From contig JAIOYZ010000004.1 of the NCBI GenBank assembly GCA_021740845.1, positions 54,142 through 118,141 on the forward strand: a stretch of DNA of 64,000 bases, read 5' to 3'. This document shows, in pieces, positions 55,335-64,000 of the stretch. This stretch comes from Bacteroidia bacterium (GTDB lineage Bacteria; Bacteroidota; Bacteroidia; UKL13-3). Within the stretch, counting starts at the first letter, position 1; each line of letters opens with the position of its first letter. Below the pieces are notes generated by a model, which was given only the letters and a program-made list of their open reading frames with translations, was not told where the DNA came from and made no database searches. Position numbers and translations under genes: made by a program.

Positions 55335-55913
55335 TTGGCAATTGGTGGCGATTTAGAACCGGAAACCTTAATTAAGGCATATAGCTTAGGAATCTTTCCT
55401 TGGTATAATGAAGACGAACCCATTTGCTGGTGGAGTCCAAACCCGAGGTTGGTTCTATTTCCAAAGGAAGTTAAAGTTAGCAAAAGCATGAAGCAATTGC
55501 TAAGAAAGGGGAGTTTTCAATTTACACTAAACCAAGAATTTTCAGCAGTAATTCATGCCTGCAGAGAAATTCGTGTTGATAACGGCACTTGGATCAGCCC
55601 AGATATAATGGATGCCTACACGCATTTACACCATTTAGGTTTGGCGCATTCTGTGGAAGTTTGGGATGGAGAAAATTTGGTGGGTGGATTTTATGGAGTG
55701 CAATTGGGAAAAGTGTTTTTTGGCGAAAGTATGTTTAGTTTGGTAAGTAATGCCAGCAAAGCAGCTCTTATATATTTTTGTCTTCACTGCTTAGAGGAAG
55801 GTATTGAAGTTATAGATTGCCAACAATCAACTAGCCATTTAATTAGCATGGGAGCAAGAGAGATTTCTCGGCAGGAATTTCTGCATTTATTAGAGAAATT
55901 TGCGGATTTTTAA
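55335..55913 (+). CDS. aat: Leucyl/phenylalanyl-tRNA--protein transferase (the true start is probably upstream of the track start)
   Basis: GGDLEPETLIKAYSLGIFPWY...CWWSPNPR, and GESMFS motifs. Conserved N-terminal sequence (FPNPNEADEDGLLA) continues in frame upstream to 55257, with no ATG, GTG or TTG available. Confidence 0.85.
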   Translation: MAIGGDLEPETLIKAYSLGIFPWYNEDEPICWWSPNPRLVLFPKEVKVSKSMKQLLRKGSFQFTLNQEFSAVIHACREIRVDNGTWISPDIMDAYTHLHHLGLAHSVEVWDGENLVGGFYGVQLGKVFFGESMFSLVSNASKAALIYFCLHCLEEGIEVIDCQQSTSHLISMGAREISRQEFLHLLEKFADF

Positions 55914-57187
55914 TCTGCTGTTCCTCTTAATTCATTTACCCTATTTGCGTCTAGACGAATAAAGATAAAAAGTAATATGGTAAAGCTTAATAGGGCAGAG
56001 CCACCATAACTGATAAAAGGCAAAGGAATACCAATAACAGGCATTAATCCTAGGGTCATACCAATATTAATTACAAAATGGAAGAACAGAATGCAAACCA
56101 AACTGTACCCATAAATGCGATTGAATTTTTGCCGCTGTCGTTCTGCCATTACCAAAAGCCGGTATAACAATAAAATATATAAACTGATAAATAATAAAGA
56201 TCCTGCAAAGCCATATTCCTCGCCAATTGTGCAGAAAATGAAGTCGGTACTCTGCTCTGGTACAAACCTAAATTTATTTTGAGTTCCTTGTAAAAAACCC
56301 TTGCCCCAAAGGCCACCGCTGCCAATTGCAATTTTAGATTGCTGCACATTATATCCAGCTCCTTTTATATCCACTTCCTTCCCTAACAATACATTTATCC
56401 TTGTTCTTTGGTGAGCTTGCAATACGTTTTGGAATGCATAATCAATGCTACTTACCATTAATCCTGCCACTATTACAGCGCCAAATGTAAGGAGTATTAA
56501 AGCTCTTGTTCTTCTCACCAAAAAAAGAAATAAGATTGCCAAAAGTACCAGAGCAATTATTATAAAAATGGGTTGAACCAAAAGCGCCAAAACAGATAAT
56601 AGGATAAGTATAAACCCTGCAAATAGAATCCAACCTGGCAAACCTTCTCTATACAAAACAAAAATGAAAGAAGTAAAAACCAAGGTGGAGCCTGTTTCAT
56701 TTTGCAAAAGAATAATTACCATTGGTAGCAAAATAATCCCAGCACTCAGAATCTGAATTTTTCTGTCTTTTTCGAAGTTTACATTGTAGCCACTCAGAAA
56801 TTTAGCAAGTGCTAATGCGGTTCCAAATTTAGCGAACTCTGCTGGCTGCATTCTAAATCCTCCAATTTCTATCCATGAAGAAGAACCTTTTACCGTTGTA
56901 CCTGCCACCAAAACAAGAATAAGTAGCAGAATTGTAATCCCATAAATAGGGTAGGAGAATGCAAAAAAGAACTTTTCGTCTATTAACAGTATCATTAGGC
57001 CTAAAAAGGAAGAAACGCCAATCCAAATAAGCTGTTTTCCGTAATTCTGGCTTGCATCCCAAATTAATGGATTAGTTTCTTTGTAAATTGAAGCGTATAT
57101 ACAAAGCAAACCCACCACCACAAAAAAGTAGTAGAGCATAATAGTAATCCAATCTATTCTACTTGGTTTGGGCTGCTGCAGTGTCAT
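55910..57187 (-). CDS. rodA: Peptidoglycan glycosyltransferase RodA (SEDS family)
   Basis: FtsW/RodA/SpoVE pattern (RIDW, QPAEFAK, GIPLPFISYGGSA). Located downstream of mrdA with a 29-nt overlap. Confidence 0.9.
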   Translation of the reverse strand: MTLQQPKPSRIDWITIMLYYFFVVVGLLCIYASIYKETNPLIWDASQNYGKQLIWIGVSSFLGLMILLIDEKFFFAFSYPIYGITILLLILVLVAGTTVKGSSSWIEIGGFRMQPAEFAKFGTALALAKFLSGYNVNFEKDRKIQILSAGIILLPMVIILLQNETGSTLVFTSFIFVLYREGLPGWILFAGFILILLSVLALLVQPIFIIIALVLLAILFLFLVRRTRALILLTFGAVIVAGLMVSSIDYAFQNVLQAHQRTRINVLLGKEVDIKGAGYNVQQSKIAIGSGGLWGKGFLQGTQNKFRFVPEQSTDFIFCTIGEEYGFAGSLLFISLYILLLYRLLVMAERQRQKFNRIYGYSLVCILFFHFVINIGMTLGLMPVIGIPLPFISYGGSALLSFTILLFIFIRLDANRVNELRGTAD

Positions 57188-58997
57188 TTTTATGGGTTAA
57201 ATTTCCTTTCAACATTCTTTCCAAAAGGGCCTTTCTTGTATCTACTTTGCCAGTTATGTATTGTTCCATCATTAAACTGGCAATTGGAGCTGCCCAAGTT
57301 GCACCAAAACCAGAGTTTTCTACAACTACTGCAATTGCAATTTTAGGATTTACCTTGGGTGCAAAGGCAAAGAAAATGGAGTGGTCTTTTCCGTGTGGAT
57401 TTTGTGCTGTTCCAGTTTTTCCACAAACCTCAATTCCAGGTATTCTTGCAATATAAGCAGTACCACGTTCTACCACATCTTGCATGCCTTCAATTACTAC
57501 CGGAAAATAACTGGTATCAATAGTTGTCCAATGTTTTTCGTTGTAATCTTTGTTGGGGTTTTTCTTGTTACTAATAAGTTTTACAATATGAGGTGTAATA
57601 TAATATCCTCTATTGGCAACTGCTGCTGTTGCGTTGGCCATTTGTAAAGGTGTAATTCCTAACTCTCCTTGACCTATGCCCATAGAAATTGTGGTTAATG
57701 CTTGCCATCTATGTCGACCATATAATTTGTCAAAGTACTCAGCTTTTTTAAGAACTCCTTTTCCTTCGCCATATAAGTCGATACCTAAGGCATGGCCCAT
57801 TCCAAAACTATAAGCGTGCTTGTAAAACTGGTTGTAAGCATCCTCCACATATTTATATTTAGGATTGTTAATTACACTTCTATAAACCTGACAAAAATAA
57901 GCGTTGCAACTAACTGCAATAGCACCTCTTAATTGCAAGGGTGAACCATGCGAATGGCAGCCTACAAACAAATATCCATGGTGACAAGCATATGCAGTTG
58001 CGGGGGTGAGTACTTTTTCTTCCTGACCCATTAAACTCATGATAATCTTAAAAATTGAACCGGGAGGATAGGGTGCAGAAATGGGTCTATTAAACAAAGG
58101 TTTGTCTGGATCCCTTAAAAGTTCCATATATCTATTTCCTCTATCTCGTCCTATAAGTAAGTTGGGGTCATATGTTGGCGAACTCACCAAAGCCAATACT
58201 TCGCCCGTACTTGGTTCAATGGCAACAATACTCCCAATCTTATTCAGCATAAGTCGTTCTCCCAAATCTTGTAAAGATTGATCGATACTTAAGTGAATGT
58301 TTTTACCGGCTACCGCAGCTGTATCAAATTCCCCATCTTTGTATCTGCCCTGAGTTCTGTTTTTACTATCAACCAAAACATAGCGAGTTCCTTTGGTTCC
58401 GCCCAAATCATTTTCGTATACTTTTTCTACTCCACTTATACCAACAAAATCTCCCATTCGGTAGTATCCATCACTCTTCTCAATATCTTTTTCAGTTACT
58501 TCCCCAATATATCCCATAACGTGGGCAGCACTTTTATGTTTGTATTTTCTATCAGTTCTTACCTCCACAAAAAAACCTTGAAAATCATAAAGTTTTTCTT
58601 GAAAGGCAGCATAAGTAGGAATTGTAATTTGCCTTTGAAACACAACCGGTTTCCAAGGGCTAAATCCCTTTTGTCGTCTAATTCTTGCAAATGTGCTTAG
58701 AAACTCATCCTTCGAAATTCCCAAAACATTGCAAAAGGAAATGGTATCTAAATTCTTAACCTGATCTGTTATCACAGACAAATCATAGATGGCGTCATTG
58801 TAAACTAGAAGCTCTCCATTTCTGTCGTAAATTAGACCTCGCGCGGGATAAATAGTTTGTTCTTGTAATACATTGTTTTGGGCAAAAAACACATAACTTT
58901 CATCAACTACCTGCAAATAGAAAAGCCTCGTTATGTAAATTATTGCGATGCTTATAAAAATAACCAGTAAGGTTCTTTGTTTACTTAAGTTATCCAT
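57159..58997 (-). CDS. mrdA: Penicillin-binding protein 2 (elongasome transpeptidase)
   Basis: PBP dimer domain plus transpeptidase motifs (PGSIFK for SxxK, SCN for SxN, KTGTA for KTG). Confidence 0.9.
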   Translation of the reverse strand: MDNLSKQRTLLVIFISIAIIYITRLFYLQVVDESYVFFAQNNVLQEQTIYPARGLIYDRNGELLVYNDAIYDLSVITDQVKNLDTISFCNVLGISKDEFLSTFARIRRQKGFSPWKPVVFQRQITIPTYAAFQEKLYDFQGFFVEVRTDRKYKHKSAAHVMGYIGEVTEKDIEKSDGYYRMGDFVGISGVEKVYENDLGGTKGTRYVLVDSKNRTQGRYKDGEFDTAAVAGKNIHLSIDQSLQDLGERLMLNKIGSIVAIEPSTGEVLALVSSPTYDPNLLIGRDRGNRYMELLRDPDKPLFNRPISAPYPPGSIFKIIMSLMGQEEKVLTPATAYACHHGYLFVGCHSHGSPLQLRGAIAVSCNAYFCQVYRSVINNPKYKYVEDAYNQFYKHAYSFGMGHALGIDLYGEGKGVLKKAEYFDKLYGRHRWQALTTISMGIGQGELGITPLQMANATAAVANRGYYITPHIVKLISNKKNPNKDYNEKHWTTIDTSYFPVVIEGMQDVVERGTAYIARIPGIEVCGKTGTAQNPHGKDHSIFFAFAPKVNPKIAIAVVVENSGFGATWAAPIASLMMEQYITGKVDTRKALLERMLKGNLTHKNDTAAAQTK

Positions 58998-59000
58998 TGA

Positions 59001-59519
59001 TTATCTTGCTTTTGAATTGCGATAAAACAACAATTGACCTATGCTAATTATCAAAACCGAAAACAAGGAACTAGATAAAACCCTAAACATGGTTCTAAAA
59101 AAATCTCTAAAGCTGTATATTTCTAAATAGAATAGGAATAGGTGATGCATAAGCGTCATGATAATTGCATAAACCAAAAACCAAACAATTCCTTTTTTTG
59201 AAACAGTTGGCTCAATCCCATTGTCAAAATCTTCTTTGCTACAAGCAAACATTAAATAGAAATTCCTTATGTATCCAATAAAAATAGTAGCAGCCATGTG
59301 TAAGCCAGGTGTGCTGCTAAAGGTATCCATTACCAATCCCGTTAAAAAAGAAAGAATCACCACCAACCATGGTTTGGTTGAAATTGGTAAGGTTAGAATA
59401 AATAAAATATAAATATAGGGATTTACATAGGTACTTAAATCTATGTTGTCAATCACCAACAACTGAATGAGGATAATCAACAAAAACCTAACGATATAAT
59501 TTATTATCTCAATTACCAC
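59001..59519 (-). CDS. mreD: Rod shape-determining protein MreD
   Basis: 172-aa polytopic membrane protein in the canonical mreC-mreD-mrdA position. Confidence 0.75.
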   Translation of the reverse strand: MVIEIINYIVRFLLIILIQLLVIDNIDLSTYVNPYIYILFILTLPISTKPWLVVILSFLTGLVMDTFSSTPGLHMAATIFIGYIRNFYLMFACSKEDFDNGIEPTVSKKGIVWFLVYAIIMTLMHHLFLFYLEIYSFRDFFRTMFRVLSSSLFSVLIISIGQLLFYRNSKAR

Positions 59520-60342
59520 CTTTTAATGTACTTTCTAAATTTTGTTGCTCATTTTTCAATATGTTCTTCACAACATATACGTTTTTCAAGGTTGAAAAGT
59601 CTGTGTTCAATTCAACTTTTATATAATGGAAATTATCTCCTGCATCTAAGGAGTGGCTAAATACTCGTCCAACTGGAATTCCTTGAGGAAATAGTTTCGA
59701 ATAATTACTAGTTACAATTTCGTCGTTAGAGGTAATTTCAACGTGTTTATTTACATATTTAAGACTAGAAAATTTAGGACTATCCCCATTCCATTCTAGC
59801 GAACCAAATGCATTGTTCTTTTTAAGCATGCAGCTGATTTTGGTATTGCTATTTAAAGCAGAACGAATGGTTGCATAATGCTCCGAAACGCTAGTTACAA
59901 TTCCCACAACTCCATTGCTTCCTATTACTCCCATATCTGGTTCTATTCCTGCTTCAGAGCCTTTGTCAATAGTAATGTAATTGTTTAGTTTGGTAACGGA
60001 GTTGTTTACCACGTTGGCAGCAATATACGAATATTGTTGTTTGTAAACTGAGTCATTAATAGAAGTTTGGGTAAAACCCGTCTGGTAATATGCATTTAAC
60101 ATTTGTGCCCTTAACCTTGCATTTTCTGCCATCAAACTATCATTGATATCTCTCAATTCAAAATAGTTTGTGGTGCTATTTACCTTTTCATAAAAAGTGG
60201 AGGCCACACCACTTGTATAGTTTAAAAAACTTGCCCTTTGGTAATTATTATATTGATATAATACAACAAACGAAAATAACTCTAAAATGAAAAACAGGAT
60301 AAAGGTATAGTACTTATAAAAAAAGAAAATTAGGTTTCTCAT
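59509..60342 (-). CDS. mreC: Rod shape-determining protein MreC
   Basis: N-terminal TM, a coiled coil (ENARLRAQ), and beta-barrel domains (GVIGSNGVVGIV, GIPVGRV). Confidence 0.85.
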   Translation of the reverse strand: MRNLIFFFYKYYTFILFFILELFSFVVLYQYNNYQRASFLNYTSGVASTFYEKVNSTTNYFELRDINDSLMAENARLRAQMLNAYYQTGFTQTSINDSVYKQQYSYIAANVVNNSVTKLNNYITIDKGSEAGIEPDMGVIGSNGVVGIVTSVSEHYATIRSALNSNTKISCMLKKNNAFGSLEWNGDSPKFSSLKYVNKHVEITSNDEIVTSNYSKLFPQGIPVGRVFSHSLDAGDNFHYIKVELNTDFSTLKNVYVVKNILKNEQQNLESTLKGGN

Positions 60343-60385
60343 CTTAGCGCATCCTTCCTTTTAATACCATTAGCATCTAGCTAAA

Positions 60386-61408
60386 TTAGGTCATTAAAAA
60401 TTTGTGATTTTTCAAATTCTTAAGCGCCATGCCAGTTCCTCTTACTACTGCTCTCAATGGATCTTCAGCTACATGTACAGGTAGTTTAGTCTTAGTTGCA
60501 ATACGTTTATCTAAGCCTCTAAGTAAAGCACCGCCACCTGTTAAATACAAACCTGTAGAGTAAATATCAGCAGAAAGTTCTGGTGGAGTTAATTCCAATG
60601 CTCTTAAAATAGCTTCTTCAATTTTAGAAATCGATTTGTCCAAAGCTGAAGCAATTTCCGAATAGCTTACCGTAATTTGTTTTGGGATACCAGTCATTAA
60701 ATCTCTACCATTAACGGCAAAATCCAAAGGCGGGTTATCTAATTCTGGTAGGGCTGAACCTACTTCAATTTTAATTCTTTCCGCAGTTCTTTCACCAACC
60801 AAAAGGTTATGTTGTCTGCGCATATAGTCTAAAATGTCTTCTGTAAATTCATCTCCTGCAACTCTGATAGATTGATCACACACAATACCAGCCAAAGCAA
60901 TAACCGCAATTTCTGTGGTACCACCGCCAATATCAATAATCATATTACCCATTGGTTCAAACACATCTATGCCAATTCCAATTGCTGCAGCCATAGGTTC
61001 ATGAATTAAATAAACCTCTTTTGCTCCAGCACGTTCAGCACTATCTTTTACCGCACGTTTTTCTACCTCTGTAATCCCAGAAGGAATACAAATTACCATG
61101 CGTTGTTGTGGTTTAATAAATTTACTGGTTTTAGGAATCATATCAATCATTCCTCTAATCATGTGTTCCGCAGCTTGAAAATCTGCTATCACTCCATCTT
61201 TTAAAGGACGAATGGTTTTAATGTCTTCGTGTACTTTACCATGCATTTGTTGTGCTTGGCTACCTACAGCAATTACATTTCCATTTCTTCTGTTCACAGC
61301 AATAATGGATGGTTCATCCACAACTACCTGATCTTTATGTATAATTAGCGTATTGGCCGTACCTAGGTCAATGGCTAAATCTTGTGTTAAAAAGCTAAAT
61401 GCACTCAT
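60386..61408 (-). CDS. mreB: Rod shape-determining protein MreB (actin homologue)
   Basis: DLAIDLGTANT, IDIGGGTTE, LTGGGALLRGLD. Confidence 0.95.
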   Translation of the reverse strand: MSAFSFLTQDLAIDLGTANTLIIHKDQVVVDEPSIIAVNRRNGNVIAVGSQAQQMHGKVHEDIKTIRPLKDGVIADFQAAEHMIRGMIDMIPKTSKFIKPQQRMVICIPSGITEVEKRAVKDSAERAGAKEVYLIHEPMAAAIGIGIDVFEPMGNMIIDIGGGTTEIAVIALAGIVCDQSIRVAGDEFTEDILDYMRRQHNLLVGERTAERIKIEVGSALPELDNPPLDFAVNGRDLMTGIPKQITVSYSEIASALDKSISKIEEAILRALELTPPELSADIYSTGLYLTGGGALLRGLDKRIATKTKLPVHVAEDPLRAVVRGTGMALKNLKNHKFLMT

Positions 61409-61577
61409 GAATTCTTGTCTTTCCTTTGCGGAGTTTTATTACTCTTGCAAATTAGTAATTATTCAAATAAAAGGTTGAAAAGTTTTACCTTTATTTAAAT
61501 TGGTTTATCAACAGGTAAAAAAAATAAAAATTAGAAAAATCGGTTTGACCCAAATGAAGAATTAAGATATCTATTTT

Positions 61578-63104
61578 TTAGTGTTTAAAATGTCTTACTC
61601 CACTAAAATACATTGCCACTCCATTTTGTTCGCAATAAGTAATTGAAGCATCATCTTTGATTGATCCTCCTGGCTGAATAACGGCATTAATTCCTTCTTT
61701 ATGGGCAATTTCAACACAATCAGGGAAAGGGAAAAATGCATCACTACTCAAGGCCACCTCCTTCAACTCAAATCCAAAGGCATGTGCTTTGCTAATAGCA
61801 TGTTTTAATGCATCTACCCTAGATGTTTGCCCGCATCCAATTCCTAATAATTGCTTGTTTTTTGCCAATACAATGGTATTTGATTTGGTATGCTTCACAA
61901 TTTTATCTGCAAATAATAAATCCTCAATTTGGCTGGCAGTTGCTGCATGACTAGTTACAGATTTTAAATCGCTTGATTTTAAAACTACCAAATCTCTGTC
62001 TTGAACCAAAACACCATTTAATACAGAACGCATGGTTTGGCTAATTGGTAATTTTCCAGTTTGTTTTAAGATAATTCTGTTTTTCTTTCCTTTCAACAAA
62101 GCCAATGCATCCTCATCGTAGGAAGGAGCCACCAAAACCTCTAAAAAGATTTTATCCATTTCAGTTGCAGTCGCTAAATCTACATTTCGGTTCAAAGCGA
62201 TAATACCACCAAATGCCGAAACAGGATCACCTGCCAATGCATCTGTCCATGCTTGTAAAACGGTATCTCTAGAAGCAACTCCACATGGATTATTATGTTT
62301 AATAATGGCAACAGTGGTTTCCTCAAAATCATTCAATAAATTAACCGCTGCATCTACATCCAACAAATTATTATACGATAATTCTTTACCATGCAACTGC
62401 TCTAAAATATCGTTGATTTGCCCAAAATAAAACCCTCTTTGATGTGGATTTTCACCATATCTTAAAGTATTGCCTTGGTTATAACTTACCTTTAATGCAG
62501 ATATATTTTGTCCTTTATTGAACCAATTGAAAATTGCAGTATCGTAATGTGAGGTTACCTGAAAGGCTTTTGCAGCAAAGGATTTGCGTTCAGACAATCT
62601 GCTTTCTCCATTATTATTAACCAAAATTTCTAATAAATCTGAGTATTGATTAGTATGCGAAACTATCAAGGAATGTTTGAAATTTTTAGCTGCTGCTCTA
62701 ATCAATGACACACCACCAATATCTATTTTTTCTATAATTTTTTGCTCTTCGTTGGTTTGAGCCAAAGTTTCTTCAAATGGGTAAAGGTCTACCATTACCA
62801 AATCAAAAAGTGGAATATCAAATTCTTTGATTTCTGCCAAATCTTGAGCTTCTTCTCTACGTGCTAAAATTCCACCAAAAACTTTTGGATGCAAAGTTTT
62901 CACTCTTCCTCCCAAAATACTTGGATAGCCAGTAAGTTGTTCAACAGGAATAACTGGAATTCCCATTTTTTCTATAAACTCTTGAGTTCCTCCCGTAGAG
63001 TATATTTTTACTCCTTGTTGGTGGAGTTCCTTAGCAATTGGTGCAAGGCCATCTTTGTAAAATACTGAAATTAAAGCGTTTGAAATTTTATTGGCTGTAG
63101 ACAT
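61578..63104 (-). CDS. purH: Bifunctional AICAR transformylase / IMP cyclohydrolase
   Basis: ALISVFYKDGL, STGGT, KTLHPK.. (MGS-like domain) plus the AICARFT domain through the C-terminal GVRHFKH. Confidence 0.95.
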   Translation of the reverse strand: MSTANKISNALISVFYKDGLAPIAKELHQQGVKIYSTGGTQEFIEKMGIPVIPVEQLTGYPSILGGRVKTLHPKVFGGILARREEAQDLAEIKEFDIPLFDLVMVDLYPFEETLAQTNEEQKIIEKIDIGGVSLIRAAAKNFKHSLIVSHTNQYSDLLEILVNNNGESRLSERKSFAAKAFQVTSHYDTAIFNWFNKGQNISALKVSYNQGNTLRYGENPHQRGFYFGQINDILEQLHGKELSYNNLLDVDAAVNLLNDFEETTVAIIKHNNPCGVASRDTVLQAWTDALAGDPVSAFGGIIALNRNVDLATATEMDKIFLEVLVAPSYDEDALALLKGKKNRIILKQTGKLPISQTMRSVLNGVLVQDRDLVVLKSSDLKSVTSHAATASQIEDLLFADKIVKHTKSNTIVLAKNKQLLGIGCGQTSRVDALKHAISKAHAFGFELKEVALSSDAFFPFPDCVEIAHKEGINAVIQPGGSIKDDASITYCEQNGVAMYFSGVRHFKH

Positions 63105-63124
63105 AGTAAATGTTTATGGAGGCG

Positions 63125-63132
63125 CAAAGGTA
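63125..63132 (-). promoter_or_regulatory. Candidate -7 promoter box (TAnnTTTG) for purH
   Basis: The minus strand reads tacctttgcgcc, 20 nt upstream of the purH ATG. Confidence 0.35.
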
Positions 63133-63193
63133 GGTAAGCTAACTTATAATATTGCACCCAAACCAAATAAAAATAAAAGAAAAATGCAGTGTT

Positions 63194-63766
63194 TTAGTTT
63201 TGAACCAAAATGCTTTCTACAACCAAAGGAACATGTTTTTGTTCCAACAAATGAATCTTTGCTGCGATGCTTTCTACAGTATCGGTTTCGTTTAATCCGC
63301 AGGTAAATTGAGCAATGGTTTCGCCTTCATCGTAATGGCTATTTACCCAATGAAGTGTAATGCCTGTTTCCTTTTCACCTGCCTCTTTTACGGCTTCATG
63401 CACATGGTGTCCATACATTCCCTTGCCTCCAAATTTTGGCAAAAGCGCTGGGTGAAGATTAATTATTTTATTAGGAAAATGCTCCACCATATAGTTAGGA
63501 ACTTTCCAAAGAAACCCAAGCAATGCTATTAAATCAGGTTTGAATTCATTCAATTTGCTTAAAAATTCGTCCTCATTTTTAAAGGTTTCGCGGTTAAATA
63601 CAATCACAGGTATTTGTCGTGCATTCATTTTTTCAATAACACCTGCTTTTGGGTTATTGCAAAATAAAGCCACCACTTCAACCAATGCATGATTACTGAA
63701 ATACTCGCTTACATTCTCTGCATTGCTACCACTTCCACTCGCAAAAAGGACTAATTTCTTCTTCAT
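63194..63766 (-). CDS. purN: Phosphoribosylglycinamide formyltransferase
   Basis: LVLFASGSGSNAE, NLHPALLP.FGG, and HYDEG motifs. Confidence 0.9.
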   Translation of the reverse strand: MKKKLVLFASGSGSNAENVSEYFSNHALVEVVALFCNNPKAGVIEKMNARQIPVIVFNRETFKNEDEFLSKLNEFKPDLIALLGFLWKVPNYMVEHFPNKIINLHPALLPKFGGKGMYGHHVHEAVKEAGEKETGITLHWVNSHYDEGETIAQFTCGLNETDTVESIAAKIHLLEQKHVPLVVESILVQN

Positions 63767-63999
63767 TAAAACTTCAATTCGTCAATGAAAATATGCTTGA
63801 AAAGTGTGTCAATATTATTGTTTCCATTAAACTTTTCAATTGGCAAACTGCTTATTATAAAGTTAGTTTTATTATCGGAAATAGTAAATCTCTTAGCCAT
63901 CACTGCGGCTTGTCCAGTCCAGTTTTTAGGCGATTGACCTGTTGCACTTTCAATAATTCCACCAAAATAAAGTGAGTCGTAGCCAACACTACTGCTGCT
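63767..63999 (-). CDS. C-terminal fragment of a hypothetical protein (gene begins beyond the window end)
   Basis: The minus-strand frame is open from the window edge to TAA at 63769-63767, which abuts the purN start. Translation ...SSSVGYDSLYFGGIIESATGQSPKNWTGQAAVMAKRF...HIFIDELKF. It is absent from the track because it has no in-window start. Confidence 0.5.
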
Positions 64000-64000
64000 A

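Noticed and set aside
63105-63193. Possible ZTP (pfl) or purine riboswitch upstream of purH.
   Set aside because: The gap is only 89 nt and AT-rich. It lacks the GC-rich conserved pfl pseudoknot segments and is better explained by a simple TAnnTTTG promoter.
63793-63975. 60-aa plus-strand track ORF at the window end.
   Set aside because: The opposite strand is open across the whole region and terminates exactly at the purN start. The minus-strand partial CDS is the better explanation.
1-64000. Search for tRNA, rRNA, tmRNA, CRISPR arrays and IS elements in all intergenic gaps.
   Set aside because: No gap contains cloverleaf-compatible GC-rich stems, regularly spaced repeats, or transposase-like ORFs. 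The longest gaps (about 200-340 nt) are AT-rich promoter or leader regions.

Overview
The window looks like a low-GC chromosomal segment from a Bacteroidota genome, probably Flavobacteriia-like. The evidence is a T9SS C-terminal sorting domain, CarboxypepD_reg-type TonB-dependent receptors, a Rho factor with a long disordered N-terminal insertion, and TAnnTTTG promoter boxes. About 94% of it is coding.

Most genes are housekeeping:
- Translation: lysS, gltX, frr, typA, aat, and prfB with its programmed +1 frameshift.
- Transcription termination, RNA processing and purine synthesis: rho, rnz, purH, purN.
- Cell shape: mreBCD, mrdA, rodA.

Accessory blocks include a glycan-modification cluster of wecD/wecE-like genes, two polyprenyl-phosphate-type GT2 enzymes and three large polytopic membrane proteins. 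There are also two TonB-dependent receptors, a TolC/HlyD pair, a GH53 galactanase next to an MFS sugar transporter, and a deacetylase/GT2 pair.

Two observations stand out.
1. An AT-rich four-gene operon at about 11.0-15.8 kb sits between an SDR gene and prfB. It encodes a short XRE-type HTH protein, a TPR protein with an HExxH motif, a MazG-like NTP pyrophosphohydrolase, and a 736-aa fusion of GIY-YIG nuclease, DUF2075/Schlafen-type ATPase-helicase and LexA-like S24 peptidase. I cannot match it to any named defence system, and it is my best candidate for an undescribed defence or stress-triggered system.
2. A 16-bp dyad-symmetric motif, TTYGGTT-YR-AACCRAA (core GGTTCAAACC), occurs 20 times exactly and at least 7 more times as 9-mers, where about 0.1 is expected. 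It appears in both orientations, in every reading frame, and is enriched at gene boundaries.

I found no rRNA, tRNA, CRISPR array, transposase or integrase. The supplied ORF track accepts TTG and GTG starts, so several track ORFs are over-extended at the 5-prime end; I trimmed those.
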